NCBI GenBank assembly: GCA_030591525.1
Contig: JAUVAV010000004.1
Coordinates: forward strand, 3,307 to 67,306
DNA from: a candidate division FCPU426 bacterium
Lineage (GTDB): Bacteria > Oederibacteriota > JAAXVQ01 > JAUVAV01
Length of the DNA stretch: 64,000 bases
Reading direction: 5' to 3'
Shown here: piece by piece, positions 24,078-34,138 of the stretch
Layout of the letters: the number at the start of each line of letters is the position of its first letter
Numbering within the stretch: the first letter of the stretch is position 1
Notes under the pieces: generated by a model
Told to the model about the DNA's origin: nothing
The model's input: the letters and a program-made list of their open reading frames with translations, nothing else
Databases searched by the model: none
Position numbers and translations under genes: made by a program

Positions 24078-24890
24078 CTACGTCGCGTCGAGCTTCTTCA
24101 ATGCACTGGTTAGATACTCTTTACTTATTAGACTTTCGTCAGCTGGATGCTCTAAAAAAGGTTGAATGTCCTTTATAAGTTGCTCGTGGTTGATAGTATC
24201 CAACTTTTTAAGTAAAATAGCGGGCCACTCTTTTGGCTGCCATTCGATTTTTTCCTGGTTTTGTGATAAGGCATTTTTTAATTGAATCAAATTAGGTGCA
24301 ATTTTTGGCTTTTGCGCTAAATACCAAATAAGATCATACCAGTCCCGGCCTTTTAAATACTTTCGCGTACACAAAGCATGGATTTTACCAGCCATCAGAG
24401 AAGACAGATCATGATGCATTACTGCAAAAAGCAGATGTTTTTGAACAAGTTTTCGCTCCAAAACTGCGCCTGGGGGAGGCTGACTATCGATTTCAATTTT
24501 AATTGACAACTTTTGGTCCCTCAAAGGTGATAAATGTAGTTCTTTTAAAACATCCCGGATTTTAATCCAGCCTACATGGACAACGCCGGTATTATTCCAA
24601 GTCAGGTCAATATTATAATTTTCATAGATGAAATCTTTTTTTAATTTATGCATCCATTTTTCGAAATGGTAATTTGACTTATTTTCCAGCGAAAAATCAA
24701 GATCCTCTGAAAACCTGGGCAAGTTATATAAGAACCGTAAAGCTGTTCCCCCCACAAATGAAATATTTTGAAAAGCTTTACTTTCGTGCAAAGAACGGAG
24801 AATAAAAGCTTGCAGGTATTCTCTTACATAATTTAGTTTTTGATTAATGTCTTTAATATCCTTAACGGCTAGTAATAGCGATTCTTTCAT
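24078..24890 (-). CDS. abiEii: AbiEii/AbiGii-family nucleotidyltransferase toxin (type IV TA / abortive infection).
   Basis: SFVGGTALRFLYNLPRFSEDLDFSL is the signature N-terminus of DUF1814/AbiEii. Confidence 0.75.
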   Translation of the reverse strand: MKESLLLAVKDIKDINQKLNYVREYLQAFILRSLHESKAFQNISFVGGTALRFLYNLPRFSEDLDFSLENKSNYHFEKWMHKLKKDFIYENYNIDLTWNNTGVVHVGWIKIRDVLKELHLSPLRDQKLSIKIEIDSQPPPGAVLERKLVQKHLLFAVMHHDLSSLMAGKIHALCTRKYLKGRDWYDLIWYLAQKPKIAPNLIQLKNALSQNQEKIEWQPKEWPAILLKKLDTINHEQLIKDIQPFLEHPADESLISKEYLTSALKKLDAT

Positions 24891-25528
24891 TAACTTGCGT
24901 ACTCCTGATTATTTTTTTGACCATAACTAAGCCAATGTTTAAAAATACTCTCCAATCTTGGAGATTTGTACTGATCCAGATAATTTTTCAGCCGTTCTGT
25001 TTTAATGGTGTTCAACTGCTGAAAACGCAAGCTCTCCAAACGGCCTAATGACCATTCGCCTGATGTCAGATAAAAGTAATCCAACAATGCTTTTTCAGGA
25101 GTTGCCAGCCAAACTTCCTGATCCTGTATGGTTTGTCTTGAATAGCCAAAAAATAAATCCGCCTTAATATGATGGTAATAAAATCTGCCAAATGCGTTAT
25201 TAAATTGACGTGTTGTTCTGGTAGTTACTGAAGAATAAATATGGACTTGCTCAGGAATCAGACCATAAAAATTCAAACACCACAATCCACTTAAATATGA
25301 CGGCCCATAAAGCTGATTAGCTAAAACCAAGGGATTAAGTTCGGTTTGCCGATATGGCGCAGCAAAGGTATATAGCTCCCGCTTGAGTGCTACCAGTTTC
25401 CCGGACTTGACCAGGCGATAGAGCTGGGTCTTAATGCTTTGTGGCTTTTCATCAAATAATTGTAAAACGGTTGCCATGTCAAACATAGGCAAGATATTTA
25501 GTTTTTCAATCAAGTCGCTGTATTTCAT
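24890..25528 (-). CDS. abiEi: AbiEi-family antitoxin/transcriptional regulator. The start was chosen at MKYSDLIEKLN, and the ORF track extends it to 25588.
   Basis: It is immediately upstream of abiEii and overlaps it by one nucleotide. It has the length and order of AbiEi, with a winged-helix-like N-terminus. Confidence 0.55.
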   Translation of the reverse strand: MKYSDLIEKLNILPMFDMATVLQLFDEKPQSIKTQLYRLVKSGKLVALKRELYTFAAPYRQTELNPLVLANQLYGPSYLSGLWCLNFYGLIPEQVHIYSSVTTRTTRQFNNAFGRFYYHHIKADLFFGYSRQTIQDQEVWLATPEKALLDYFYLTSGEWSLGRLESLRFQQLNTIKTERLKNYLDQYKSPRLESIFKHWLSYGQKNNQEYAS

Positions 25529-25629
25529 ATACACTATTATACATAATTGTCTATTAATGTAAACGTTAATCGTGATGCATACTTCCACAAATGCCCGGGG
25601 TCAAAGTTAGCTTGTAATTCCGCCCCTGT

Positions 25630-26043
25630 TCACTCCCATAGCTTTACTCCAACTTTTTTAGCTGCCTTCCGTAAGGTCAGGTCCAACGTGGCGAAAGGTA
25701 TGCCTTCCCGCATAGCCAATTCTATATATGTTGCATCATAAGCAGATAAATGATGCTCTCTGGCCAATAACAAAGTAGTGGAAAAGGCCTTATATGTCGT
25801 ATCTTGATCCACTACAATTGGCAATGAATTTAACAGACTCAAAAATCGTGCAGAATCCGCCTCTTTAAGGCGCCGGCGTCTTTCCGCTACTAAAAGCACA
25901 TTTGAAACTTCCAATGGCCATAAACTCGGCACTATGGCCTCGGAACGAGATAGTGCTTCCAGTATTTTTTCGGTATCCAGCGTAACTTCATCCTCAAAAC
26001 ACCAACTCATAGTTACCGAACAGTCCAGCACAAACCGCTTCAA
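25630..26043 (-). CDS. vapC: PIN-domain ribonuclease toxin VapC.
   Basis: It contains VLDCSVTMSWCFEDE...AYDATYIELAMREGIPFATLD with the PIN acidic residues. It overlaps the upstream antitoxin gene by 4 nt. Confidence 0.8.
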   Translation of the reverse strand: MKRFVLDCSVTMSWCFEDEVTLDTEKILEALSRSEAIVPSLWPLEVSNVLLVAERRRRLKEADSARFLSLLNSLPIVVDQDTTYKAFSTTLLLAREHHLSAYDATYIELAMREGIPFATLDLTLRKAAKKVGVKLWE

Positions 26044-26282
26044 AATCTTCTACCTTCCCTGATCATGGATTTCAGATTCGCTTTCCCAAGCTTTTTGCCT
26101 TTACTAAACTCCTTTAGACTTTGGATAGTCAATTTCGTATCCGTCCTGCCTAAAGCCGGGGCCGGGATGATCTGCGCTACCGGCATCCCATGCTTAGTAA
26201 TGATATAATTCTCACCCCGCGCCACTTTCTCTAATATCTCAGGCAGATGAGTCTTAGCTTCATAAGCGCCTACCGTATGCAT
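26040..26282 (-). CDS. Type II antitoxin (Phd/YefM-like) partner of VapC.
   Basis: It is 80 aa, contains ...AKTHLPEILEKVARGENYIITKHGMPVAQIIP, and sits translationally coupled upstream of vapC. Confidence 0.65.
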   Translation of the reverse strand: MHTVGAYEAKTHLPEILEKVARGENYIITKHGMPVAQIIPAPALGRTDTKLTIQSLKEFSKGKKLGKANLKSMIREGRRF

Positions 26283-26624
26283 TATCCCCTCCTATTTAAA
26301 CTAGTCTTATACTAGTCTATATTATATTTGCAATATTATCAACCTGTTTTTATGTAATCCGGGTAATCCGGGACGTGAGTGAGCGCAATATAAAAAAAAC
26401 GAATTACCCGGGGAGCCTACCGGACTTTGTTGTTGACTTATGATATAATGACAGCAGTTTCCCCCTTTTCCCTGGACAAAACCATCCAGGACTGGCAAAA
26501 AGGGGGATCGAGGGGGATTTTATAAGTGATAAATCCCACCTAGGATGTGTATTCTTCCCTGGCTTGGCATATTGCATTAGACAGGTTTCTTTGCCTTTTC
26601 ATTCATTTTTTTTAATTTTTTCTA

Positions 26625-26663
26625 TATTGCGCTCACTTACTGACTAACCAACGTCCCGGATTC
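26625..26663. repeat. Left ~38-bp inverted repeat of the 26667-27188 cassette.
   Basis: Its reverse complement, gaatccgggacgttggttagtcagtaagtgagcgcaat, is about 92% identical to 27258-27295. A third partial copy lies at 26344-26381. Outer inverted repeats of the GGGGGAtcGAGGGGGATTTT type lie at 26500-26525 and 27345-27370. Confidence 0.6.
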
Positions 26664-26666
26664 ATA

Positions 26667-27188
26667 CTATATCTTTTCGCCACCTCTCAACATATACGCT
26701 GATTCATTTCTTTGCTTAGCAGTCCAACTACTTAATAAATATCGTTGGGCTGTTGAAAAATGCTCAGCCCAAAATGCCAACAATATTTCCATATTCCTTT
26801 TTTCGCTAGCCTTCTCTCTTAAAGATTCCCAAAAATCTTTCCCATCATCATATTTTTTCATTGCTTGACGGACTTTATTGCCTTCTTCTTTAATTAGCTT
26901 GTCCAATTCCTTAATTCTTTTAATTATAGTTTCTTGTTCTATATATGGCATGCAGCTAGCAATTACGGATATTTTAAATATCTTATAGTCCTTATTCTCT
27001 TCAAGCATTTCATTTAAAGTCTGTATAAATGGACTATTGCAGTTCCTCATTCTTTCTGAAACCAAACATATTTCGTCATATAAAATACTTAACTGAATTT
27101 CTAGAGGCGGACTTTTTTTCTTAGATAAAATGATATATGAAATAAAACTTATGATAGCAACAGCAATAATAATGTCGTAGATTCCCAT
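26667..27188 (-). CDS. Hypothetical membrane-anchored coiled-coil protein (cargo of an inverted-repeat-flanked cassette).
   Basis: An N-terminal TM helix IIIAVAIISFISYIIL is followed by a charged helical region. The local sequence is AT-rich and bounded by ~38-bp inverted repeats at 26625-26663 and 27248-27308. Confidence 0.45.
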   Translation of the reverse strand: MGIYDIIIAVAIISFISYIILSKKKSPPLEIQLSILYDEICLVSERMRNCNSPFIQTLNEMLEENKDYKIFKISVIASCMPYIEQETIIKRIKELDKLIKEEGNKVRQAMKKYDDGKDFWESLREKASEKRNMEILLAFWAEHFSTAQRYLLSSWTAKQRNESAYMLRGGEKI

Positions 27189-27247
27189 AAATAGACCCTT
27201 ATTACATTAGCATTAAATGTACTTCAAACTGCTCCTTCGGCGGAACG

Positions 27248-27308
27248 GTAATCCGGTAATCCGGGATGTTGGTTAGTTAGTAAGTGAGCGCAATGAATTA
27301 CCTGGGGC
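27248..27308. repeat. Right inverted repeat of the cassette (ggtaatccggtaatccgggatgttggttagttagtaagtgagcgcaat).
   Basis: See the left copy at 26625-26663. Confidence 0.6.
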
Positions 27309-27453
27309 AAGCCCCAGGAAATCTAACCTGATTTATTATTTGTAAAATCCCCCTTCATCCCCCTTTTTGAAAAGGGGGAACTTGAAAAAAATGCCTTTTA
27401 TTGTTAAGTCCAACAGGCTCCCAGGCATAAACATTCCAGCCAATCAGGTATCC

Positions 27454-27534
27454 GTAGGGGCCGGCTTCCATGCCGGCCCATGGTTTTAAATTCACGCGCA
27501 TGGGCGGACATGGAAGTCCGCCCGTGCGAAAACA
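27454..27534. repeat. Reverse-orientation copy of the two-hairpin unit, lying 3' of pfp.
   Basis: ccgtaggggccggcttccatgccggccca...gggcggacatggaagtccgccc is about 85% identical to the reverse complement of the 53437-53507 unit. Confidence 0.55.
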
Positions 27535-27552
27535 TTAATATCCATCCATCAT

Positions 27553-29379
27553 TTAAATAATCCGCGTTTCCTCTCCCAGGTCAAAATCCAACCCGGCACA
27601 ACCCTGGTTTAAAGCCACAGTTATGGGAAGCTGTCCGGCCACCGGGCCCCAAAGCTGGCGGGGACCGGGCGAGGAGAAGCAATCCTCTCCGGCCCAGCGT
27701 TCCCGGACCGAGAGAAAATATTTAAAAGCAGGCGAATCGGTCTCGACCAGGGCTTTTTCAATCACCATCTCATCCCGGCCGTGCCGCCGTTCTACATGTA
27801 TCAACCCGGTCAGGGGCAGCGCCAAGGCCTCGCCGCCACAATCCAGGGCGCTTATAGCCGCCATGTAACCGGTCTTGCCGGCCAGGGCCAGAGACCCGGC
27901 CGTTAGCCCTAAATTAAAAGTATAAGCCGCGTCAAACCGGCTGGGCGCTCCACAACGTCCTTCATACCCGAAGAAATGACTATTAGTGGCAAACCGGGAC
28001 TTTACAAACCTTTCGACTTCTTCCGGCGCTAAATCTATCTGCTCTTCCGCCTGACCGATAAAGGGCGCGGGATTGACTTTCATTTCGTGCAGACGTATAT
28101 TTACCATCTCAATTAATAATTTTTCGGTCGGAATCTGGGAAACCTGCAGATTACCGTGGGAATCGCGGTCCAGGAGAAGCATGTTCTCAAACTCATGCGG
28201 CAAGGAAGCCATCAGTTTGACTGACTCGGCCGATATTTTTCCATAGATGAAATCCTTTTTCTCCGCCATGGTATTAAGTTCGCTTAAAAGCCGGGCCGAA
28301 TCAGCCATGACCTCATTAAGTTCCTTTATCAATATTTTCATCTCCGGGATAAACTCGATCAACCCTTCGGGAATTAAAATCACGCCATAATTTATACCCC
28401 GGCCCGCCCGCCGGGCCACAGACCGGCAGATAATATCCACGATCTGGTGCAAAGAGAGTTTTTTTTCCTCGAGTTCTTCCGAGATAAAGGCGATGGCCGG
28501 CTTGGTCTGTAAGGCCACTTCCAGGGCCACATGGCTCGCGCTGCGTCCCATGAGCTTGATAAAATGCCAGTATTTCCGGGAAGAAGGTGTGTCCTGGAGG
28601 ATGTTGCCGACCAACTCGGAATATATTTTCGTGGCCGTATCAAAGCCGAAGGAAATCGGCAGCAACGCTCCTTCCTGGAGATCGCCGTCAATGGTTTTGG
28701 GAACCCCGAGAACCTGCACGCCCCGCCCGTCGGCATGCACATTCTCAAAAAGATACTCGGCCAATACGGCGGCATTGGTATTGGAATCATCGCCGCCGAT
28801 AATCACCAGGGCATCCACGCGCTGGTCACGGCAGACCGCTTTAACCAGCTTGAACTGCCCATGATTCTTGATCTTGGTACGGTCCGTACCCAGAAAATCA
28901 AACCCGCCGGTATTCAGGAGCCGGTTTAAATCTTCTTCCTTGATTTCAAATAAACTGCCTCCCAGCAGACCTTTTGGCCCGTGTTTCACGCCCAGTAAGA
29001 CATTATCCGGTCCCAGGGCTTTTTTTAAACCCGCTAAAACATTATGCCCCCCGGCCGCCGGACCGCCGGAAAACAGGACTGCCACGCGTTTCCCGGATAC
29101 CAGGGGACGGTTCGCAATATCCGCCTTTAAAACGCGGTCCCCGGTCTGGGGATATAATTTCGGAAAAGCTTCGGCCACCCGGTTTAAATCACGGTTTTCC
29201 GCCAGCTTCTCTTCCGACGGTTTGAATCCGGCCGGCGCGATTTTCTTGTTTTCAATAAAAGCTTTTTTCACGGGCAGAGGAAGATTCCTCACCTCTCTCT
29301 CAAAAAGCGAGCGGTTTTTCTCGGTTTCTTCCCATACCCGGATCAAATCCGGATTGGCGGTTTTAGTGCTGGATGACAT
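27553..29379 (-). CDS. pfp: Pyrophosphate-dependent phosphofructokinase (long type, 608 aa).
   Basis: It carries the motifs GGPAAGGHNV, IIGGDDSNTNAA (Asp at the ATP/PPi-discriminating position), GVPKTIDGDL and LMGR. Confidence 0.8.
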   Translation of the reverse strand: MSSSTKTANPDLIRVWEETEKNRSLFEREVRNLPLPVKKAFIENKKIAPAGFKPSEEKLAENRDLNRVAEAFPKLYPQTGDRVLKADIANRPLVSGKRVAVLFSGGPAAGGHNVLAGLKKALGPDNVLLGVKHGPKGLLGGSLFEIKEEDLNRLLNTGGFDFLGTDRTKIKNHGQFKLVKAVCRDQRVDALVIIGGDDSNTNAAVLAEYLFENVHADGRGVQVLGVPKTIDGDLQEGALLPISFGFDTATKIYSELVGNILQDTPSSRKYWHFIKLMGRSASHVALEVALQTKPAIAFISEELEEKKLSLHQIVDIICRSVARRAGRGINYGVILIPEGLIEFIPEMKILIKELNEVMADSARLLSELNTMAEKKDFIYGKISAESVKLMASLPHEFENMLLLDRDSHGNLQVSQIPTEKLLIEMVNIRLHEMKVNPAPFIGQAEEQIDLAPEEVERFVKSRFATNSHFFGYEGRCGAPSRFDAAYTFNLGLTAGSLALAGKTGYMAAISALDCGGEALALPLTGLIHVERRHGRDEMVIEKALVETDSPAFKYFLSVRERWAGEDCFSSPGPRQLWGPVAGQLPITVALNQGCAGLDFDLGEETRII

Positions 29380-29437
29380 TCTGATTCCTCCTTAAAATTT
29401 AAGTGTTGCAAACATCATTACTGTCCAAATTAACCTT

Positions 29438-29465
29438 GTAGGGGCGACGCATGCGTCGCCCCTAC
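29438..29465. repeat. REP-like perfect palindrome GTAGGGGCGACGCATGCGTCGCCCCTAC.
   Basis: It was read directly and lies in the intergenic space between pfp and the RND gene. Confidence 0.7.
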
Positions 29466-29513
29466 AACTGCCCACAATGTCCAAACAAACGGCTTATATA
29501 TTACCAGGTATTT

Positions 29514-32500
29514 TCAAACCAATTGCTCTCTCTTCCCCCATTGCTGTATATCAAGATTAATCAAGTACAATGAGGGAATCAGCACCAAGGTAAGCAAGGT
29601 CGCAAAGAGCAAGCCGTAGGCCATGGCCATGACTACCGGGACCAGGGTTTTGGCGCTGCCTCCGATTCCATACACAGTGGGTAATAAAGCCGCCACCGTG
29701 GTCAGCGTGGTCAAAATGACGGCCCGAAACCGCTGCCGGGCTCCAGCGGCAATGGCCTGATAAACCTGGGAAATATTGGTAAATGTTTTTTCTTTGAAGA
29801 TCCGGTTGATAAATGTAACCATAATCACGCTGTCATTTACGACCACGCCGGAAAGGCCGATCATGCCGATCACTCCCATAAAAGTCATGGGAATCCCGTG
29901 CCCGGTAAAGGCCAGTAAAGCGCCGATCAATCCAAAAGGAATTGCCGTTAAAACCAATAAAGGCTGGGTGAGGGAACGGAACAAAACCACGAGGATCAAG
30001 TATATCAATACTACGGCGAACAGAAAAGCCACCAATAATCCACCCATGGTTTTCTTGGTTTCTCTGGCTTCTCCGCCAATCAGCAGGTGAACATCCGGGT
30101 ATTGCTTCGTGATTTTTCGGAAAAACGGTTTGAGTTTTTGGGCGATTTGGGATGAAGTTGTCACTTGCTCATCCAGATTCGCCGTAAGGGTAATCACCCG
30201 GTCCCCGTTATAATGATTTATCAGGGTTTTTCCTTTTTTGGTCACAATTTTAGCTACATCACCCAAGGGGATTAACTTACCCTGCGCATTGGGAATCAAC
30301 AAGGCTTTCAGGAATTTTTCATCCTTTAAAAAAGCATCATCCACTTTGATACGGTAATCAATCTTATGGTCCGGGGTTTGCAGGGAGGTTGCGATCGTGC
30401 CTTCATAGGCGGTTCTCACGGTCCGGGCGACCGCAGAGACCGTGAGGCCGAGCCGGGCCAGTTTTTCGTAATTCAGTTGTATTTCGAGCTCTTCCTTCCC
30501 CGCTTTTTGGTCATGGTCCAAATCTTTAATCCCTGCGAGGCTTCCCAGAAATTTCTCGATTTTTTTCCGGACTTTGGCCGCCGTATCCGCCTGGTTGCTG
30601 ATAATTTTCAGATTAACCGGTTCGCCTTTGGGCGGGCCTAAAATCCGCTCTTCAAAAACGACTTTTTCAAAACCCGGTAATTTTTCTATATTTAGTTCGG
30701 TACGCAAATTTTGAATAATATCCTGCGAGGTACGGGTCCGTTCGGTCTTGGGCACGAGGTTGATTAAAACCTGACTCCAATTTTCATGATTACCTTTAGA
30801 ATTCATAGTCTTGACCGTATGGTGGCCAATAACAGTCTGGAGGGACAAGCGTTCTTGGGGAAGAATCTTTTTTTGGATTATATCTTCCACCTGGGCGGTC
30901 AAAACTTCGGTGTCCTCCAGATTGGTGCCTTCCGGCGCTTCCAAATTGACATAGATGGCATCCGCGGAATCGTCCCACAGCAGAACAAATCGTTTAATCG
31001 TGCCCTGGGAAATCAATAAGGTTAAACCAAAAAACAGGATGAACCCCAAGACAATCAGGTAGCGATAATTTAGTGTTTTTCTTAAAAAGTGCTCATAGCT
31101 CTGCGCCAGCGGGCCAAACCAATCTTTCCTGGCCGGCTTAACTGTTTGGTGCGAGCCGGACAAATGGCTGGGCAATATAAAAACCGCTTCCAAAAACGAG
31201 ATAATCAGCGTGGCTGAGACTAAAAGCGGAAAAACGTAGACAAACTTTCCCATCATGCCTTTAATGAAGAGCAGGGGAATAAACGAGACTATGGTGGTTA
31301 AAATAGTAGCCACCAGGGGGGGCAATACTTTTTGTACACCGCTCACAGCGGATTGAATGGAATTGCGGCCCGAACTCTTTTGTTCGTAAATGGTCTCCCC
31401 GATTACAATGCCGTGATCGACCATCATGCCCAATACCGTGATAATCGCTCCCAAAGACATTATATTCACCGATATGCCCATGGCATGCATGTACGCCAGT
31501 ACGACTAACAAACTAAACGGAATCCCCACGGCGGTCCAAAAGGATGTCCTGAAATCCAAAAAGAGATATAAAATAAGTACGATCAATAAAAAACCGATAA
31601 GCGCATTGGAGAAAACCACGCGCACCAGTGATTTTATGGATAGAGACCGGTCTTCCAGCGTGGCAACCGCAAATTGCGGCGGAAACTTCCCGCGGTTTTT
31701 ATGGATGAACGCTCTTACTTTGCCTACGGTTTTCACGACATCGGCATTTTCCTTCTTTACTACCCGGAAAATCACCGCTGGTTTTCTATTCACCCGGATA
31801 CGGACATTTTCTTTTTCAAAGCCGTCTTGCACAGCGGCGATATCTTTAATCCGTACGCGCTTCCCTTCAAAGCTGGAACGAATAATTACATTTTTAATCT
31901 CCAGAGGGTTTTTAAATTGACCCAGGGTAACAATCGTTTGATCTTTATGCAAAGACTGCAACGTGCCGCCGGTAGAACGAATGTTCCGCGCTTGCACGCT
32001 CCGGACCACATCATTTAAAGAAATATAGTATTCCTCCATTTTTTCCATATTGACATCCACCAGAATTTCCCGGTCTAAATAGCCGTGCTTCCGGATAGTA
32101 CTGACGCCCCGGAGCTTTAAAAGTTGCTTTTCCAGGCGGTCGGCAAAAGCGAACAATTCCCGCGGGTTGGCCGGTTGGTCCGCTTTAGCCGTGATTCCCA
32201 GCGTAATGACCGCCATGCGTTTGGGATTTATATCAATAATCGTGATGTCTTCCACTTCGCCGGGGATATCCGTGATATTACTCTTGGTGAGAGTGCGATA
32301 AATCTCATCCTTTACTGCCTGCTTATTGGCCAAGCCATAATCCAAATAGATATAAATCGAGGCTCCGTTTTCAATGGCTAAGGAAACATACTCCCGAATA
32401 CCCGCTATCTGGCTGATTTCTTTTTCCAGGGGGATCACGGCATTGAGTTCGACGTCCGCAGCGCTGGCCCCGGGATACATCACCTGAACGATCATGGTGT

Positions 32501-32630
32501 CTATTTCCGTCGGCGGAAAAACATCGCGCCGGATATTCAGGGCGCTGATGACCCCGATGAGAACCACCACAATCATGATGACATTAACCAGAAACGGATT
32601 ACCGGTAAAATACTCTAATATCTTCTGCAT
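29514..32630 (-). CDS. RND-superfamily efflux transporter permease (AcrB/HAE-like, 1,038 aa, 12 TM).
   Basis: It has the typical RND architecture with two large periplasmic loops. No membrane fusion or OMF partner gene is in the window. Confidence 0.8.
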   Translation of the reverse strand: MQKILEYFTGNPFLVNVIMIVVVLIGVISALNIRRDVFPPTEIDTMIVQVMYPGASAADVELNAVIPLEKEISQIAGIREYVSLAIENGASIYIYLDYGLANKQAVKDEIYRTLTKSNITDIPGEVEDITIIDINPKRMAVITLGITAKADQPANPRELFAFADRLEKQLLKLRGVSTIRKHGYLDREILVDVNMEKMEEYYISLNDVVRSVQARNIRSTGGTLQSLHKDQTIVTLGQFKNPLEIKNVIIRSSFEGKRVRIKDIAAVQDGFEKENVRIRVNRKPAVIFRVVKKENADVVKTVGKVRAFIHKNRGKFPPQFAVATLEDRSLSIKSLVRVVFSNALIGFLLIVLILYLFLDFRTSFWTAVGIPFSLLVVLAYMHAMGISVNIMSLGAIITVLGMMVDHGIVIGETIYEQKSSGRNSIQSAVSGVQKVLPPLVATILTTIVSFIPLLFIKGMMGKFVYVFPLLVSATLIISFLEAVFILPSHLSGSHQTVKPARKDWFGPLAQSYEHFLRKTLNYRYLIVLGFILFFGLTLLISQGTIKRFVLLWDDSADAIYVNLEAPEGTNLEDTEVLTAQVEDIIQKKILPQERLSLQTVIGHHTVKTMNSKGNHENWSQVLINLVPKTERTRTSQDIIQNLRTELNIEKLPGFEKVVFEERILGPPKGEPVNLKIISNQADTAAKVRKKIEKFLGSLAGIKDLDHDQKAGKEELEIQLNYEKLARLGLTVSAVARTVRTAYEGTIATSLQTPDHKIDYRIKVDDAFLKDEKFLKALLIPNAQGKLIPLGDVAKIVTKKGKTLINHYNGDRVITLTANLDEQVTTSSQIAQKLKPFFRKITKQYPDVHLLIGGEARETKKTMGGLLVAFLFAVVLIYLILVVLFRSLTQPLLVLTAIPFGLIGALLAFTGHGIPMTFMGVIGMIGLSGVVVNDSVIMVTFINRIFKEKTFTNISQVYQAIAAGARQRFRAVILTTLTTVAALLPTVYGIGGSAKTLVPVVMAMAYGLLFATLLTLVLIPSLYLINLDIQQWGKREQLV

Positions 32631-32926
32631 CGAGAATTCTCCTAATTGAAAGATAAAACCAGTTTTTTAACGAATTATTATACGTCGGCCGGATGCCCGT
32701 GTCTAAATAAAAGTATACTAAATCTAACAGGCTAATACATTTAGCAGTATCACGCCTGGTGTCGCATTTCAGAAATTCTATCAATAAGTCACCCCGGCAT
32801 GATTTTAGCCGGGGTCCAGAAAAACATTGTTTTTACGGGTAAAGTCCCTGGATTCCGGCTAAAAGCATGCCGGAATGACGAAACATATATTCAACGTACT
32901 TGCGAGACACGACACTAGGAGCCTGA

Positions 32927-33051
32927 GCGTTTAGTCTGTTTTTGAGAGTAGATAGTAGAAAGTGGACCGCATTTGAGATATTTTATCTAATTTCTACTAT
33001 CTATTCTCAAATGCTCTGGAGCCTGAGCAACTAACTGCTCAAACTCCTAGT
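32927..33051. repeat. Inverted-orientation copy of the ~120-bp MITE-like element.
   Basis: It is bounded by ggagcctgagcgtttagtctg on the left and ggagcctgagcaactaactgctcaaactcctag on the right, between the RND gene and pfk. Confidence 0.6.
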
Positions 33052-34138
33052 CCCCCAGGCAGATATTGTGGCCGCGGGCGGTTTTTAATAGATAATGGTC
33101 CTGGTTGATCAGGTTATAGGCGGTTGCTTTTTCCAGGGGGACATCCACGATATCCGGATGTTGGTACGCGACCATGCGCCCGAATTTCTCTTCCTTAATT
33201 AATTCCACGGCCTTGACTCCGAACTGGGTGGCCAGTATCCGGTCAAAAGCGCAGGGTATGCCTCCGCGTTGGAGATGCCCCAATACTGTAACACGCATAC
33301 TGATATCCAATCGGGCCTTCAACTCTTCCATCAGCTTAAAACCGATTCCGCCCAGGCGGACGTTTTGATATCCTGCCTCATCGCTCTCCCTGGCTGCTTC
33401 CCTGCCTCCTGCCGGCTTGGCGCCTTCGGCAACAACGATAATCGCAAATCCCTTCCCGTTTTTTATGCGGCTCCGGATCTTGGCAACTACTTTTTCAATA
33501 TCATAGGGAATCTCGGGAATCAGAACCACCTCCGCGCCCCCGGCCACGGCCGCGCTCAAGGCGATCCATCCCGCGCCCCGGCCCATAACTTCCAGAATCA
33601 TAACCCGGTTATGGCTGGCTGCTGTGGTCACCAGCTTGTCAACCGCGTCGGTCGCGACCTCCACCGCGGTCTGGAATCCGAAGGTAAAATCCGTACAGGA
33701 AAGGTCATTGTCTATGGTTTTGGGGACGCCTATAATATTCACCCCTTTTTGAAAAAGCCGTTGGGAGATATCCTGCGAACCATCGCCGCCGATATTGACC
33801 ACAGCCTCTATCTCCTGGGATTTCAGCCGTTGGATAAGCTCATCCGAACGGTCCACGGTTTCCCAGGAACCGTCCGGCTTTTTAATCGGCCAGGCAAATG
33901 GCGAGCCTTTATTTGTGGTCCCGATAATCGTCCCACCCCTGACATGAATACCGGCTACGGTCTTCTTATCCAGCTGCATGATTTCCATGGGCTCCTTTAA
34001 AATGCCGTGAAAAGCATCTATGGACCCTAAAACCTCCCAATTGTCCTCTTGGCCGGCCCGCTTGACAATCGCACGAATAACGGCGTTCAAGCCAGGACAA
34101 TCCCCTCCGCCGGTAGTGACTAATATGCGTTTAGCCAT
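33047..34138 (-). CDS. pfkA: 6-phosphofructokinase, group III (mixed ATP/PPi signature). The start was chosen at MAKRILVTTGGGDCPGLNAVI, and the ORF track extends it to 34381.
   Basis: It has the motifs GGGDCPGLN, NIGGDGSQD (Gly), GVPKTIDND (Lys), MGR and HLQRGG. The chosen start overlaps the iscS/nifS stop by 8 nt. Confidence 0.7.
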   Translation of the reverse strand: MAKRILVTTGGGDCPGLNAVIRAIVKRAGQEDNWEVLGSIDAFHGILKEPMEIMQLDKKTVAGIHVRGGTIIGTTNKGSPFAWPIKKPDGSWETVDRSDELIQRLKSQEIEAVVNIGGDGSQDISQRLFQKGVNIIGVPKTIDNDLSCTDFTFGFQTAVEVATDAVDKLVTTAASHNRVMILEVMGRGAGWIALSAAVAGGAEVVLIPEIPYDIEKVVAKIRSRIKNGKGFAIIVVAEGAKPAGGREAARESDEAGYQNVRLGGIGFKLMEELKARLDISMRVTVLGHLQRGGIPCAFDRILATQFGVKAVELIKEEKFGRMVAYQHPDIVDVPLEKATAYNLINQDHYLLKTARGHNICLGD

